Below, one piece after another: positions 27,998 to 41,371 of a stretch of 64,000 bases of DNA; the first letter of the stretch is position 1; every line of letters starts with the position of its first letter. The notes below the pieces were generated by a model, which worked only from the letters and a program-made list of their open reading frames with translations, was not told the DNA's origin and did no database searches. The stretch is from Eledone cirrhosa (taxonomy: Eukaryota): NCBI GenBank assembly GCA_964016885.1, contig OZ024755.1, forward strand, positions 3,844,001 to 3,908,000, written 5' to 3'. The position numbers were made by a program, and so were the translations under genes.

Positions 27998-28217
27998 ATA
28001 GTTTCTGATTTAGGTTTTAGGCCAACAAGTTTAGGGGAGGGGAAAGTCAATTAAATCGACCCCAGTGCGTTACTGGTACTTTATTTTATCGACCTCGTAA
28101 GGATGAAAGGCAAGCTAACTTCGACAGGATTTGAAATCAGAACGTAAAGTGACGTAGCTATATGCCGCAAGGAATGTTGTCCGACGCTCTACTGATGCTG
28201 TTAACCCACCACCCTTG
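27998..28217 (-). mobile_element. Meta/MESC-like SINE, full-length long form
   Basis: Head, core, long-form insert and tail all present. Confidence 0.85.
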
Positions 28218-29084
28218 CCTACATAAATATAATGAAACTATTTCAAGCGAGAAGTACCAATCTTATCAACCGTCAATATACGTTAGAGTAGTTGAAATAT
28301 ATTTGACAATTTTTTTTTTCCATTTTATCACCAATTGATATATTACTAAAGTCTTTACTCGAACTAAAAATCAATACGAAAACTGATTAAATATATTTAA
28401 ATAATGTCTCCTCTGTTTTGTGTCTTTGTTTTATTTGTATCAAACATATTGAACAATAGCAATAGTCTAATAAATATTCAATACCTTTTGTCTTTATTTC
28501 AATGTTTGCAGAATTCGAAAACAGAAAATATAAATTGTATATAATATCGAAACAGAGCTATTGTTTCAACAATGTTTATCGAAATTCGCCTTCCATTTCC
28601 GTCTTAAGCCAATTAGCTTCTCAGAGAAAAGTATAAACGACTCACACCGTTCATAACTCCCCATCTTACAAGTCTGTGGCTCTTTATCTATATAAGACAT
28701 TACTTTCGTTGACAGTTTCGATTCATAGTTTAGTCCCCTTTCTTTACATCACTAATGCCTTTTGGAAAGATATAAGCCGCGTAGCCCTTCAAACCTCTTC
28801 TCTGTAAATAGTTTAATCCTATTTGAAGAATAGCGTGTAACGAGGAACGTAAAGTAGATGTAAGCTGACGGTGAGTCTTCATCTTGGTGTTACATCCTAT
28901 AACAGATATTTCATTTCAATTATGGTATCAATTACATTAACAAATATCTCAATATTACACTCATTTCATTTCTAAATTCTGAGAGCCGCTGTAAGAAATT
29001 ATTTTACGGGATTAATGTCCATTGCATAGCTTCCGTTTTAGGATTGGAGGGGCTTAAGTATATATACTATACATGTGCATTATT

Positions 29085-29365
29085 GTCAGTATCGGTAGAG
29101 TGTCAGACAAAATGCTTTGTGGCATATTGTCACTGCCCTTTAAGTTCTGAGTTCAAATCCTGCCGAGGTTAAGTTTACCTTTCATCATTACGAGGTCGAT
29201 AAAATAAAGTACCAGTAACACACTGGGGTCGATTTAATCAAATTGCTGGCCTTGTGCCTATATAAGAAACCATTATTAACTCATATTATTAACGGGGTCG
29301 ATAAAATAAAGTACCAGTAATGCACTGGGTAATTGCTGGCCTTGTGCCAAAAGTAGAAACAATTA
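29085..29365 (+). mobile_element. Meta/MESC-like SINE followed by a second 5'-truncated copy
   Basis: Two GTCGATAAAATAAAGTACCAG cores. Confidence 0.85.
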
Positions 29366-30204
29366 TTATTAACTCACGCATTTTTATCACCAATGCGAGA
29401 CTAAGAAAGCTGTGTTACAATTTTGTGTCACATTATAACTTTATGGCTTTGTTACAAATTTGTGTCACATATTTTATGTAACATTATAATTTGTAACTTT
29501 GTATGTCAATATGGCGTCCCTAAGACTCCCTCAGATGTTATGGGTCCATACATATATACATTAACATAATTTGATAGGGGGAATTATAATAGATTAGATC
29601 TAATCCAGTACCGGCTTAATGAATGTATGGAAGTAATGGGAACAACTGAAAGTCGGTTGCATTAGAATTTGAATTCTGATCATAGAAGAAAAAAAAAAAC
29701 GAAATTCGTCTGACGTTTTCATCACTCTTTTATGTTGCCGACCTACAAAATATTAAATAAGTCAATAAAATGAAAATAATGCTACATGGGAAAAAAGTTT
29801 ATTTCCGGTGATATCAGAAGAAAACATTTCAATATTTAAGTACTATTTCAGTGATTGTATGATAACATTATATGGTTCAACAATATTCTTCTTTGACTCA
29901 TGAAAGACATTCTGTCCTGAAAGAGATATAATCAAGACCTAGATTCCTATTTTAGATTATTTATTTAGTTTTAAAGTGGGTTGAGAAGAAATTCGTAATA
30001 AAAATCCATTTCATAATTCTGTAGCCTGACGCATGACTCTCGTAAAAATCAATGGGCCATTAGTTGATTTCTTTGTCACCAAAAATAACAAATAACAACA
30101 ATAGATAAAATAATCTTTGAATTTTTAAGTAAAAATCAAGATTGGAAAACAACATATTTGGTGTATTTCATAAATGATATAAGGTAATCTTCGGTCTCCT
30201 TTAT

Positions 30205-30544
30205 CAGATCTGTCAACGGGGAGAACTCCCACCCACTTTGGGGTGGGTGAGAGATGTCTTCTCTTGTGAAAATGGGTTTAGCTTTCAGGGTCGGACGCCA
30301 TGCTTTGGCGCATAGAGTTACGGTCCGTGCCATTCTGAGTTCAAATCTGGCCGAGGTTAACTTTGCCTTTCAACCTTACGGGGTCGATAAAATAAAGTAC
30401 CAGTAATGTACTGAGTAATTGCTGGCCTTGTACCAAAAGTAGAAACAATTATGTAAAATCTCCCATTTTTTGCCTCGTTTCTTCCCGTTTTGGGGCACTT
30501 TTTTTCATGGTACCCGTGTGGGTTTTTAGAGGTTGGCAGATCTG
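30205..30544. mobile_element. MITE (CAGA.CTG.CAA TIRs) carrying a nested SINE at 30287-30452
   Basis: TIRs CAGATCTGTCAAC / GTTGGCAGATCTG; the SINE-free homolog is at 36206-36405. Confidence 0.75.
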
Positions 30545-31159
30545 GTATCTGTACCCGACTTCCATACTTTTGTTTGACATTTGATATTTTAGCTGTTTTA
30601 AAAGTTAGAGGTTTCAAATTTTTTCTATAAATTTCATATATAGTCTCTTCCTCTTCGTCGCGATAATTTTCGAATCACCCAATGTTTATTTATAGATGAA
30701 ATAATCAGGTTTATAAAACGCCGAAGTAAATGCATTACAGTATCTAATTTACACTGAATTTAAACTACGTCTATGCCAGCTTTGCCTTTCCCCTCTCCCT
30801 GGTTGAAAGATACGTTAAAAAAAATTAATCATTCGGCTATCCCTATTCAGCTCCTTGAAAATATAATATGTCTTGTACTTTAAAAAATAAATCAATATTT
30901 TGAATAATATGAACTTGGAGATCAAAAAAAGAAAAAAGAAATTCGTAGCTACAAAAAAGATAGGAAATTGTCTTTTAAAAGGTTTTATTTGAAGAGAAAG
31001 TTCAGTTCAATACAAGGAGAGCAAGTACGATTACCATTTAATTTCCAGTTTCTAGACTAATTAAACATTTTCAAGAACCGGAGGCTATCGTTCCATAGAA
31101 TATTTGTTTCCAAGTTGTGTTCTTTATATTTTCTACATTTTTTTAATGTTGTGTAAATA

Positions 31160-31585
31160 TAATTGTTTCTACTTTTGGCACAAGGTCAGTAATTATCCAA
31201 GTGTATTACTGGTACTTTATTTTATCGACCCTGTAAGGATGAAAGGCAAAGTTAACCTCGGCGGGATTTGAACTCATAATTTTTGTATTATATTTCGTAG
31301 CAGTTCATTAAACATTCTTATGTATAATGATTGCTTATTTTAAGATGCATTTATTTAAAAATTTTCAAATGTCTCAAATGATTTCAACTCAGAATGGCAA
31401 GGGCCGTAACTCTATGTGTCAAAGCATGGTGTTCGACCCTCTACCGAGACTGCCAATCCACCGCCCCTGTTGTGTAAATATAATGGTTTCTGATTTCGGC
31501 AGAAGGCGAACAACTTTAGAGGAGGGGAAAGCGAATTGAATTAACCCCAGTGCGTTACTGGTATTTTAGTTTATCGAGTCTGTAA
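31160..31585 (-). mobile_element. Fragmented Meta/MESC-like SINE copies
   Basis: Core at 31160-31277, head at 31385-31468, long-form tail at 31480-31585. Confidence 0.75.
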
Positions 31586-31979
31586 GCAGGGTTGGATTTA
31601 AACCTTGGGGAGCTCAGTGCGCTTCAGGTTTGGTGGGTGGAGTGGGTGGAGTAGGTGGGGGTGGGGGCCTCATACACTAGGTATTGGAATACACAACAAC
31701 GCCTCCAATTTTTTTATATCAAAGTTAGCTTGGCGCAAGTAATCGGAATTGAAAAGTTATACATACAAGTATTAAATTCAAACGTTTTAAGCAATTGTTT
31801 GACCCATTGTGTAACCAATTTCCCCTTTGAACCCACCACCGGGCTCCCCGGCCCTGTACGTGAGCGAAGGAGAAGAATCCTGAAGCGATTCTTAGTAGAA
31901 ATTACTAGTCACTTTTGTATACATTTCTATTCCAGCAGACATTTATCAATAAATGAGCATTTATTTCATTAATTACTAA

Positions 31980-32145
31980 TTGGCAGTATCGGTAGAGGGT
32001 CGGACGCAAAAAGTTACGGCTTTTTTCATTATGAGTTCAAATCTGCCGATGTTAACTTTACCTTTCATGCTTACGGGGTCGATAAAATAAAGTACCAGTA
32101 ATACACTGGGTATTGCTGGCCTTGTGCCAAAAGTAGAAACAATTA
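31980..32145 (+). mobile_element. Meta/MESC-like SINE
   Basis: Head, core and tail. Confidence 0.85.
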
Positions 32146-32420
32146 ATTACTAATGAAAATATTGGAAATTACCTAAAATGCTGATTCAAAACAAAATCTA
32201 AAGATTGTTCTAGAAACATTAATTTTATTGGCGGTTATAATGTTCATATTTGAGTTATAAATAAAAATAACATTTTTGACATAGAAAAATGTAGAGAGCT
32301 GCTGAAATATAAATCTATTTTCTTTTAATCTATACATACGTTATCATTTGAAATTACTTCACTTTTATTAAATAATTTAAACCATGATTCAATATGGTGA
32401 AATATTTATATTTATACGTG

Positions 32421-32423
<3 letters not shown>

Positions 32424-32459
<36 letters not shown>

Positions 32460-32773
32460 AAATGTATATATATATATATATATATATACCTAAATGTATA
32501 TATATATATATATATATACCTAAATGTATATATATATATATATATATACCTAAATGTATATATATATATATACCTAAATGTATATATATATATACCTAAA
32601 TGTATATATATATATACCTAAATGTATATATATATATACCTAAATGTATATATATATATATATACCTAAATGTATATATATATATATATACCTAAATGTA
32701 TATATATATATATATACCTAAATGTATATATATATATATATACCTAAATGTATATATATATATATATACCTAA

Positions 32774-32817
<44 letters not shown>

Positions 32818-32819
32818 AA

Positions 32820-32859
<40 letters not shown>

Positions 32860-32950
32860 AAATGTGTATATATATATACCTAAATGTATATATATATACA
32901 TATATCTAAATGTATATATATATATATATATATATACATATATCTAAATG

Positions 32951-32982
<32 letters not shown>

Positions 32983-32984
32983 TC

Positions 32985-33028
<44 letters not shown>

Positions 33029-33064
33029 TCTAAATATATATATATATATATATATACATATATC

Positions 33065-33110
<46 letters not shown>

Positions 33111-33112
33111 TC

Positions 33113-33156
<44 letters not shown>

Positions 33157-33192
33157 TCTAAATATATATATATATATATATATACATATATC

Positions 33193-33240
<48 letters not shown>

Positions 33241-33242
33241 TC

Positions 33243-33280
<38 letters not shown>

Positions 33281-33282
33281 TC

Positions 33283-33328
<46 letters not shown>

Positions 33329-33330
33329 TC

Positions 33331-33374
<44 letters not shown>

Positions 33375-33376
33375 TC

Positions 33377-33414
<38 letters not shown>

Positions 33415-33416
33415 TC

Positions 33417-33463
<47 letters not shown>

Positions 33464-33846
33464 AAATGTATATATATATATATATATATATATCTAAATG
33501 TATATATATATATATATATATATATCTAAATGTATATATATATATATACATATATCTAAATGTATATATATATATATATATATATCTAAATGTATATATA
33601 TATATATATATATATCTAAATGTATATATATATATATATATATATCTAAATGTATATATATATATATATATCTAAATGTATATATATATATATATACATA
33701 TATCTAAATGTATATATATATATATATATATATCTAAATGTATATATATATATATATACATATATCTAAATGTATATATATATATATATATATACATATA
33801 TCTAAATGTATATATATATATATACATATATATTTATATATATATA
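32424..33846. repeat. Punctuated (TA)n satellite (CCTAAATG / CATATATCTAAA / TCTAAATG spacers)
   Basis: About 1.4 kb of variable (TA)n runs separated by fixed short motifs. Confidence 0.95.
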
Positions 33847-34578
33847 ATTGATGATTTCTCCCGAATGAAACAGTTCTAGTCTTGTGGAAGCTTCTTCTAT
33901 ATTATATATATATGTACACACAAATTCACACATATATATGTGTGTATATAAACACACACACATATATGCGTAAATTATTCGCACATAGAGAGAAACGTAC
34001 ACTATATACCTAACATATATACATAAGCTTAAATCAATACCATTTACTTTCTTTCGATAGATAGACAAGAATAATTTCTCTCCTGTACCAATTATTCCGA
34101 TAATGCCGCCATTATACTAACTTTTCTCCTTCGTTGCAGTATTTTATACACATCACCCCTTTTAACAATACTGAAGTATTAATAGATTGTTAACAGGACT
34201 TTTTATATGTAAAGGAAAGTGATCAGTAAAGATACACTGTGGAAATGGAAAGCGCTAGCACTATGATAAGGAGCGTAATTTACTGTTTATTAAAGGAGTT
34301 TGAAAGGAAAATTATGTTGAGCGTCACAAACAGATGTGCATAGTATTTTTGAATTATCTTAAGTAAACGTGACATAGAAATGTATATTTCACTAAATACT
34401 TAGAATTATCATAGTAAGTATGAACTTGTATATCTTTAAATGTATTTGCACACACACACACACACGCACACGCACACACACACTCGCATTATATAATATA
34501 TACCTATCTCTCTCTCCTCTCTCTCTCTCTATATATAAATTATATATATATATATTTATATATATATATATTCCTCCC

Positions 34579-34614
<36 letters not shown>

Positions 34615-34695
34615 TACATACATACATACATACATACATACATACATACATACATACATACATACATACATACATACATACATACATACATACAT

Positions 34696-34999
34696 GGTGG
34701 CTGCCAACTCGTTTTCGAGTACGGCCACTACTTTATATCCATGTAGGAGAACTCCTACCGATGCGCTGAACGAGTGTGACTTTTTAGTCCAGCCAGCGAC
34801 TTGAAAACTCTGGTACAAACACTACACTTGTGACAATTATTGACACATAGTGCTGGGCCCATGGTACCATGTGACGACATGTGCAGAGAGATCTCCAGAT
34901 ATAAAGCAATGCCTGTGCCGTGAAGCTTTTATAGTGAGCAATGGCACTGCACAAAGCCAGTCCCACTCTCTTAACCAAGATGATATTTACCAAAAAGAA
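34696..34999 (-). mobile_element. 5'-truncated copy of the non-autonomous element at 50920-51528
   Basis: Near-identical reverse complement of 51226-51528, embedded in (CATA)n. Confidence 0.85.
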
Positions 35000-35244
35000 C
35001 ATACATACATACATACATACATACATACATAATATATGTATGTATACGTACATACATATATGTATATTGACGTACAGTAGTATGTATATATATATATACA
35101 TACATGCACACATATATATATGTACGTATGGATTCACCGAACATTCATTATAATGCTCGATGTGTTTGGAAACAAACATCCCGAATTAAGCTGTACAGTG
35201 TCTAGCAACCATCGTTGTTCATTTGTTCAACACTGACAAAGGAA

Positions 35245-35285
35245 TGCTGTACTAGTTTCAAGCTTATTAGCTATCGTCAGCAACG
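35245..35285 (-). ncRNA. Minimal type-I hammerhead ribozyme within an inverted-repeat-flanked element
   Basis: Minus strand: CGTTG-CTGACGA-T-AGCT aata AGCT-T-GAAA-C ta G-TA^CAGCA. Confidence 0.72.
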
Positions 35286-35533
35286 TATACCTTCCTGCCA
35301 GATGATTGAACGTCTGAAAGTATATACTTTCCTTATGCATATTAATGGATTCACCGAGCATTATAATGAATGTTCGGTGAATCCATACGTACATATATAT
35401 ATGTGTGCATGTATGTATATATACATACATACTACTGTACGTCTGTATACATATATGTATGTACGTATACATACTTATATTTAAGTAACAGCCGTACTAA
35501 GAGTGAGAAATGAAATCTCGTTTCATTTTTACC

Positions 35534-35592
<59 letters not shown>

Positions 35593-35596
<4 letters not shown>

Positions 35597-35824
35597 AAAA
35601 GCGTCAGGACCCCGACGGCTGAGCTCCGGTCGTTTCGACAGCTAGACCCGAACGTTCGGATTTAGCTGTCGAAACGGCCGGAGCTCTGACTCCTTTCCTA
35701 TTCCCCACTCTACTATCCAAAGAATCGAGTACACTGGTGCATGATGGTCCACCTGGTTCCTTACCACAATTTCCTGGCCGAAGCCGCCAGAGCTCAGCCG
35801 TAGGGGTTTTGACTCTTTTCCTAT
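35593..35824. mobile_element. Palindromic (TA)n-associated element, copy 2
   Basis: Foldback centred on CCGAACGTTCGG; begins TAGGAAAAG and ends CTTTTCCTA, with (TA)n on both sides. Confidence 0.8.
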
Positions 35825-36205
35825 ATATATATACAAACAGCGAAGCCAATAGCAACAACTACATCAGTTCGACTCTTCTCTTTAGAATACCATCTTTTAT
35901 TTAATCCCCACCCAACATTGTTGTCAACCGATTTATTATTCCATGACTAACATGTCCTTACCTTTTACTGCTTCCCCTCGCCGTGTCTAATGCACCACGG
36001 GGGTTTTCCTCCTGAGACGAAAGAATGGAATTATTAAAGAACAGTAAAGTTTCCAGTATATTGAAGATTTTCATCTTCCAACACAACAATTTCCTGTTTT
36101 ATACAGAACGAGAATTATTAGTTATTGTTAGAATTTTAAAATAAACAAATAGATAAATTTATAAAAGAATGTGAAATCAAATTGATTCAACAGTCATCAC
36201 ATAGT

Positions 36206-36405
36206 CAGACCTGTCAATTCTCCACGTCCCACAGGGAGATCTCCGACCCACTTTGGAGTGAGTGAGAGATAGGTGTCTTCTCTTTTGAAAATAGTTATAG
36301 CTTTCGTTATGTAAAATCTCCCCATTTTGCCTCATTTCTCTCCGTTTTGGGGCACTTTTTTTTCATAGTACTCCCCGTTTGGGTTTTTAGAGGTTGGCAG
36401 GTCTG
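36206..36405. mobile_element. MITE, SINE-free version of 30205-30544
   Basis: TIRs CAGACCTGTCAA / TTGGCAGGTCTG; internal sequence collinear with the 30.2-kb copy. Confidence 0.75.
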
Positions 36406-36571
36406 CGTAGTAATACTTCTTGTGTTTTTATTATATCATACATGATCAATAAATTTAATTGAAGGCTGCTGTAGAATATCAGAGCATGATAATTTCAGAT
36501 TCGGAATATCTGTAGCTTGGATTTTACTGTACAACACTTATTCTTGTTCTGGCAGGGAGCCATGAGTGATA

Positions 36572-36785
36572 TTGGTTTCCGATTTAGGCTGAAGGCCAAC
36601 AATTTTTGGGGAGGGGAAAGTCGATTAAATCGACACCAGTACATTACTGGTGCTAAATATTATCGACCCCGTAAGGATGAAAGGCAAAGTTAACCTCGGC
36701 AGGATTTGAACTCGGATCCCAAAGGGGCGTAACTCTATGCTGCAAAGCATGGCGTCCGACGCTCCACCGACGCTGCCAATCCACG
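36572..36785 (-). mobile_element. Meta/MESC-like SINE, full-length long form
   Basis: Head, core, insert and tail. Confidence 0.88.
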
Positions 36786-37374
36786 AGTAATATTACTGAT
36801 TTGTAAGGGTGAGTTAAAGAAGGTTGAATTGATATAACATACTTATTCTAGTGACACAGAAATAATGAAAATATTGTCTGTACCACTAGTAGAGGTATAA
36901 AACTAAAATATATTTAGTATTGCATTCTACTGTCCTGCCTCTACACAGCCTAGCGGGGAGAATATGGAGTTTTGTTTTCTTGATTCAGAATTGTGTAGTA
37001 TGGTCTCGTAACTCTTGAGGGAGTCGTAGGGAAGGGGCGTTTCTAAGTCACGTTTTAAAACCCTGACTGAGCCCATCCCTTCTTCAAGTCTCAATACTAT
37101 AGATTTCTTTCAGAGAAGAATAGATAGTAAAAGAATGGAAGTGAGAAAGAGATATAGAGACAGAATCGATCAGCAAAGCATTCTATCCAACGTTTTAACG
37201 ATTCTGCCAACTCACTGCCTCTTTCAGAATTAACACCCTATATTGTTGGGGGCGGAGAAAGGAAAATGGGGTATTGTAAAGTTCATACCCTCTCTAGCAG
37301 CTGTATAAGCGTAAGTTGACATTAATGTTTTCAAAGTTGACATTAATGTTTTCAAGCCTGAATGGAAACTGACC

Positions 37375-37500
37375 TGTGATCTTCTATTTTCTGTATCTCT
37401 TGCAGAGATAGCTTTCCAGGCATCTGGTCTAAATATGTTTCAGTTCCCTGGTTTCAACATGCCAAATACATCAACTATCATTGCTATTGTACAAGCTTTA
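37375..37500 (-). pseudogene. Decayed RLE-LINE C-terminal fragment
   Basis: Minus strand reads roughly IVDVFGMLK..(frameshifts)..LQEIQKI, resembling the GALGMIKK..LQEIQK tail of RLE LINEs. Confidence 0.45.
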
Positions 37501-37567
37501 AGATACCACATTTTCTCAATTTCAATTGAAAGATCTTTATATTTACTGCTTATTTTTATTATCATTA

Positions 37568-37897
37568 TTCAAATCCCGCCGAGGTTAACTTTGCCTTTCA
37601 TCCTTATGGGGTCGATAAAATAAAGTACCAGTAATACACTGGGTAATTGCTGGCCTTGTGCCAAAAGTAGAAACAATTATTATCATTATTATTATCATTA
37701 TTATCAAGGGCGGTGAATTGGCAGTATCAGTAAAGGGTTGGACGCCATGCTTTCCAGCATAGTTACGTCCCTTTACGGTCTGAGTTCAAATCTCGCCGAG
37801 GTTAACTTTGCCTTTCATCCTTATGCGGTCGATAAAATAAAGTACCAGCACTGGGGTTGATTTAATCGACTTTCCCCTCCCCCCAAATTGCTGGCCA
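37568..37897 (+). mobile_element. Two Meta/MESC-like SINEs in (ATT/ATC)n
   Basis: Two cores separated by an ATTATC repeat. Confidence 0.85.
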
Positions 37898-38626
37898 TTA
37901 TTATTACTATCATTATTCAAACAAATTTGAATTATTTGAGATATCTTTAGCGGCGTGGGTGTGTTCGGTATGGAGTGCGTTTCCATGCTGATTATTCAAT
38001 AATAATAAAAAACAACATGGAAGATATATATAAAAAACTGAGGCATGAAATTAGTGATTGGTGTATGTTAAGATTTATGACAAGACGATACAGATTCTGA
38101 GAAATTTGCCTTAAAGTCTCGTGACTTAGAACGTCGAGAAAGCTTAATAAGCCAACGTAATTGTTTATGAATTAAATTATAATTTAACTATGTTTCTATA
38201 AAATTATGTAAATCAAATAAAATCTTAAAGAAAATTATATTTTATGATTGCATACTGAAGAGGGAATACATAAATTATCTTTCGAAAAAGAAAAAATGTG
38301 TTATTGCCTTTAAAAAATACACAAACAATCGACAAGATGTACAGCAAAATAGAATTTATTCTACGCTGCGTTTATAACGAAAGATTTTAAAAATATATAC
38401 GAGGGGTTGCTGAAAGGTTTGGTGTAAAAGTAAATACAGGAGCACCAGTTTAAAGAAAATACTGGAGGATTAGGTAAAGGTAAATACAGGAGGCCCAATT
38501 AAAAGTAAATATACGGTGGTCAGTTAAAGGGGAATACAGGAGGATTAGTTCAAAGTAAATGCAGTGGGGATCACCTAAAAGTAAATGTAAGGGAGTCATT
38601 TAATTATGATTTTATTCAACCTATTT

Positions 38627-38677
<51 letters not shown>

Positions 38678-38758
38678 GAAAGCCACGAACGACACTGCAT
38701 CTTTTTAACTTTGATTTTGAAAGTAGGTTTATAATTATCAATTTTCCTTATACTTTCG

Positions 38759-38982
38759 TAGCTGTCTCGGTGGCCTAGTTAGAGGAATCATAGACGGTGG
38801 TGATCCTGGTCTGAAGTTCGATCCTGGTCGGTTGTAGGGTGCCCGGTAAATATTTTCAGTTATTTTCTATTGGTTGTAAAATAAAAACTGAAAAAGATTA
38901 CGCGTACCTCTCGACAGGATTGAACCCAAGGCCAGGATCTCCAACGTCTCTAGTACCTACCGCTAGGCCACTGAGACAGCTA
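38759..38982. other. Convergent inverted pair of tRNA-like (Pol III A/B-box) sequences
   Basis: Plus strand: AGCTGTCTCGGTGGCCTAGT..GTTCGATCC. Minus strand: AGCTGTCTCAGTGGCCTAGCGG..GTTCAATCC. Confidence 0.7.
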
Positions 38983-39247
38983 TATGAAAATCTACTGAAA
39001 ATACATATAGAATGCTACCATTTATTTTTTATAAGGAATAAATAACATTTTCAAAAAATGTTATGTATTTGCGAAATCCAGAGACTTTCAATAATGACCT
39101 TTTGGTCTTTCACACTCATTCATTGGGCAACCTGGGAACCCGACCAGTTCGCCACTGTTTACACACCCACACCCAAACACCCACCTACCTACCTACCTAC
39201 CTACCTACCTACCCATCCATATACCCGCCGAAATGCGATTCTCGCTG

Positions 39248-39286
<39 letters not shown>

Positions 39287-39506
39287 CTACTCTGAGGTCT
39301 TTTGTCGAAGTTATTTAAGCAAATATATAACCACATTACAAGTATAATACGATACAATAAAAGAAATGGCAATGCGCTCAACAGGATTATCGCCTCATTT
39401 ACGTATTATATATATATCTATATATATTATCTATCGATATATTATCTATCTATCTCTCTATATATTTATCATACATATGTGTGTGTATATATATATCATA
39501 TACGTA

Positions 39507-39555
<49 letters not shown>

Positions 39556-40322
39556 TTTAAGTCGTTTACTTCAGTAATGGAGTGCTTATATTTAGCGAAC
39601 ATTTATATTTCTGTAATGTTGGACTTGCTGGCTACATCAGTTGCGTTAATAAGTTTACATATTTTCAGATATATTCCTGGTTGTATGGAATATATAGTAG
39701 TTTCCATCACATTTATTACTAAACACATAAAACTGTTCGCTCTGCTATAAGCAGAATATTGGGTGAAAAGATTTAGACGCTATTTTTTCATATAGCTTAA
39801 ACATACTTACATACGACTATATATAATAGATATACAATATATATCTATACATGTATGTATAAATATCTATCTGTCCAGGTATATATATATATATGGTTGT
39901 GTATCTGTGTGTCTGTATATATATATGTATATGTGTGTGGGTGTGTATGTGTATATATATATATATGGGTGTGTATGTGTTTATATATATGTATGTGTGT
40001 GTGTATATATGTATGTATCGATATATATAAATATGTATATATATATGTGTGTGTCTGTTTGTGTGTGTACCTGTGTGCGTTAGTATGTGGTGTGAATAAG
40101 ACAAATACATCTATCTACATCAGGTAATCAGGTTATCTAGAAATTAAAGTGGTTTTCTACATGAAAGTTCATGTTTTATGTTTGATATTTGTTGTACAGC
40201 TATTATGGTAACTGAATATAAGACCAAAGTGAAGCAGCAACTTGTCGCCTTCTAAGTACATTAACTGGTCTAGTTGCCTCTACACCCGTCTCTATGTAGG
40301 CATCGCTTCCAGACTATATATA

Positions 40323-40366
<44 letters not shown>

Positions 40367-40537
40367 ATAATGCATACACGCACCAACGCATGTATATTTA
40401 TATATATATATTTATTTATTTATATATATAATATACATAAATGCACATACATATGCATATATATAAGATATACATAAATACACACACATATGCATATATA
40501 TAATATACATAAATGCAGACACATGTACATATATATG

Positions 40538-40568
<31 letters not shown>

Positions 40569-40642
40569 TTTCCTTGAGGTGCCATAACTTTTCCAGTGGT
40601 TACACATACACCCAGAAACGAGTAGACATCGCATTCACCCGT

Positions 40643-40681
<39 letters not shown>

Positions 40682-40903
40682 TTTTGCGAGGTTTTTTATA
40701 TGAAATCGTGTGACGAAACATTAGACTATATATATATGTGTTTGTGTCTATATTGTATCTGTATTTTTGACCGTTGGTCAGTCAATGGTAACATTGAGGA
40801 CCGAATAAATTAAATTAACCGATATAAAGGACACAGAGGCGAAAACCAACCCAACAGTGAGTGTGTTCTGTTATTAATTCTAGCAATATTATTACACAAA
40901 TAT

Positions 40904-40950
<47 letters not shown>

Positions 40951-40999
40951 AAGTAATTAAGTCAAATATTTAAGATTTGGCTTCGTTTATTAAAGATGT

Positions 41000-41054
41000 A
41001 CTGCTATATATATTTCGGTGACAGCCATCATTGGCTGTGACCTCTTCAGGCAGT
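41000..41054 (-). ncRNA. Intact minimal type-I hammerhead ribozyme
   Basis: Minus strand: ACTGC-CTGAAGA-GGT c ACAGCCA atga TGGCTGT c ACC-GAAA-T atat A-TA^GCAGT. All core nucleotides present, 5-bp stem I, 10-bp stem II, palindromic loop 3. Confidence 0.88.
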
Positions 41055-41215
41055 CCGAATTGGTGTGGTAGAGACAGGTACACATCTTGTTAAAGTGTTT
41101 TACTCCGTCAATACTCCGATATGTCCAGTTCCTGGTTGGGTTGTTATTTCTCTGAGGAACTGGAATCATATCTGCATACTGAGTTGTCGGTAAACAACCA
41201 ACATATACTCAAAAG

Positions 41216-41262
<47 letters not shown>

Positions 41263-41316
41263 AACGAGTAGGACCCCGACGGCTGAGCTCAAGCCGTTTC
41301 GACGGCTAATTCTGGA

Positions 41317-41371
<55 letters not shown>

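Noticed and set aside
37395-37623. Strong plus-strand acceptor followed by an open frame
   Set aside because: The opposite strand resembles an RLE-LINE C-terminus, and the frame runs into a SINE.
38254-38300. CTGAAGA..CGAAA hammerhead-like spacing
   Set aside because: No stem III, cleavage triplet or stem I.
38398-38425. Mariner-like terminus TACGAGGGGTTGCTGAAAGGTT (similar at about 61275)
   Set aside because: Single ends without a partner TIR or transposase; too little evidence to call an element.
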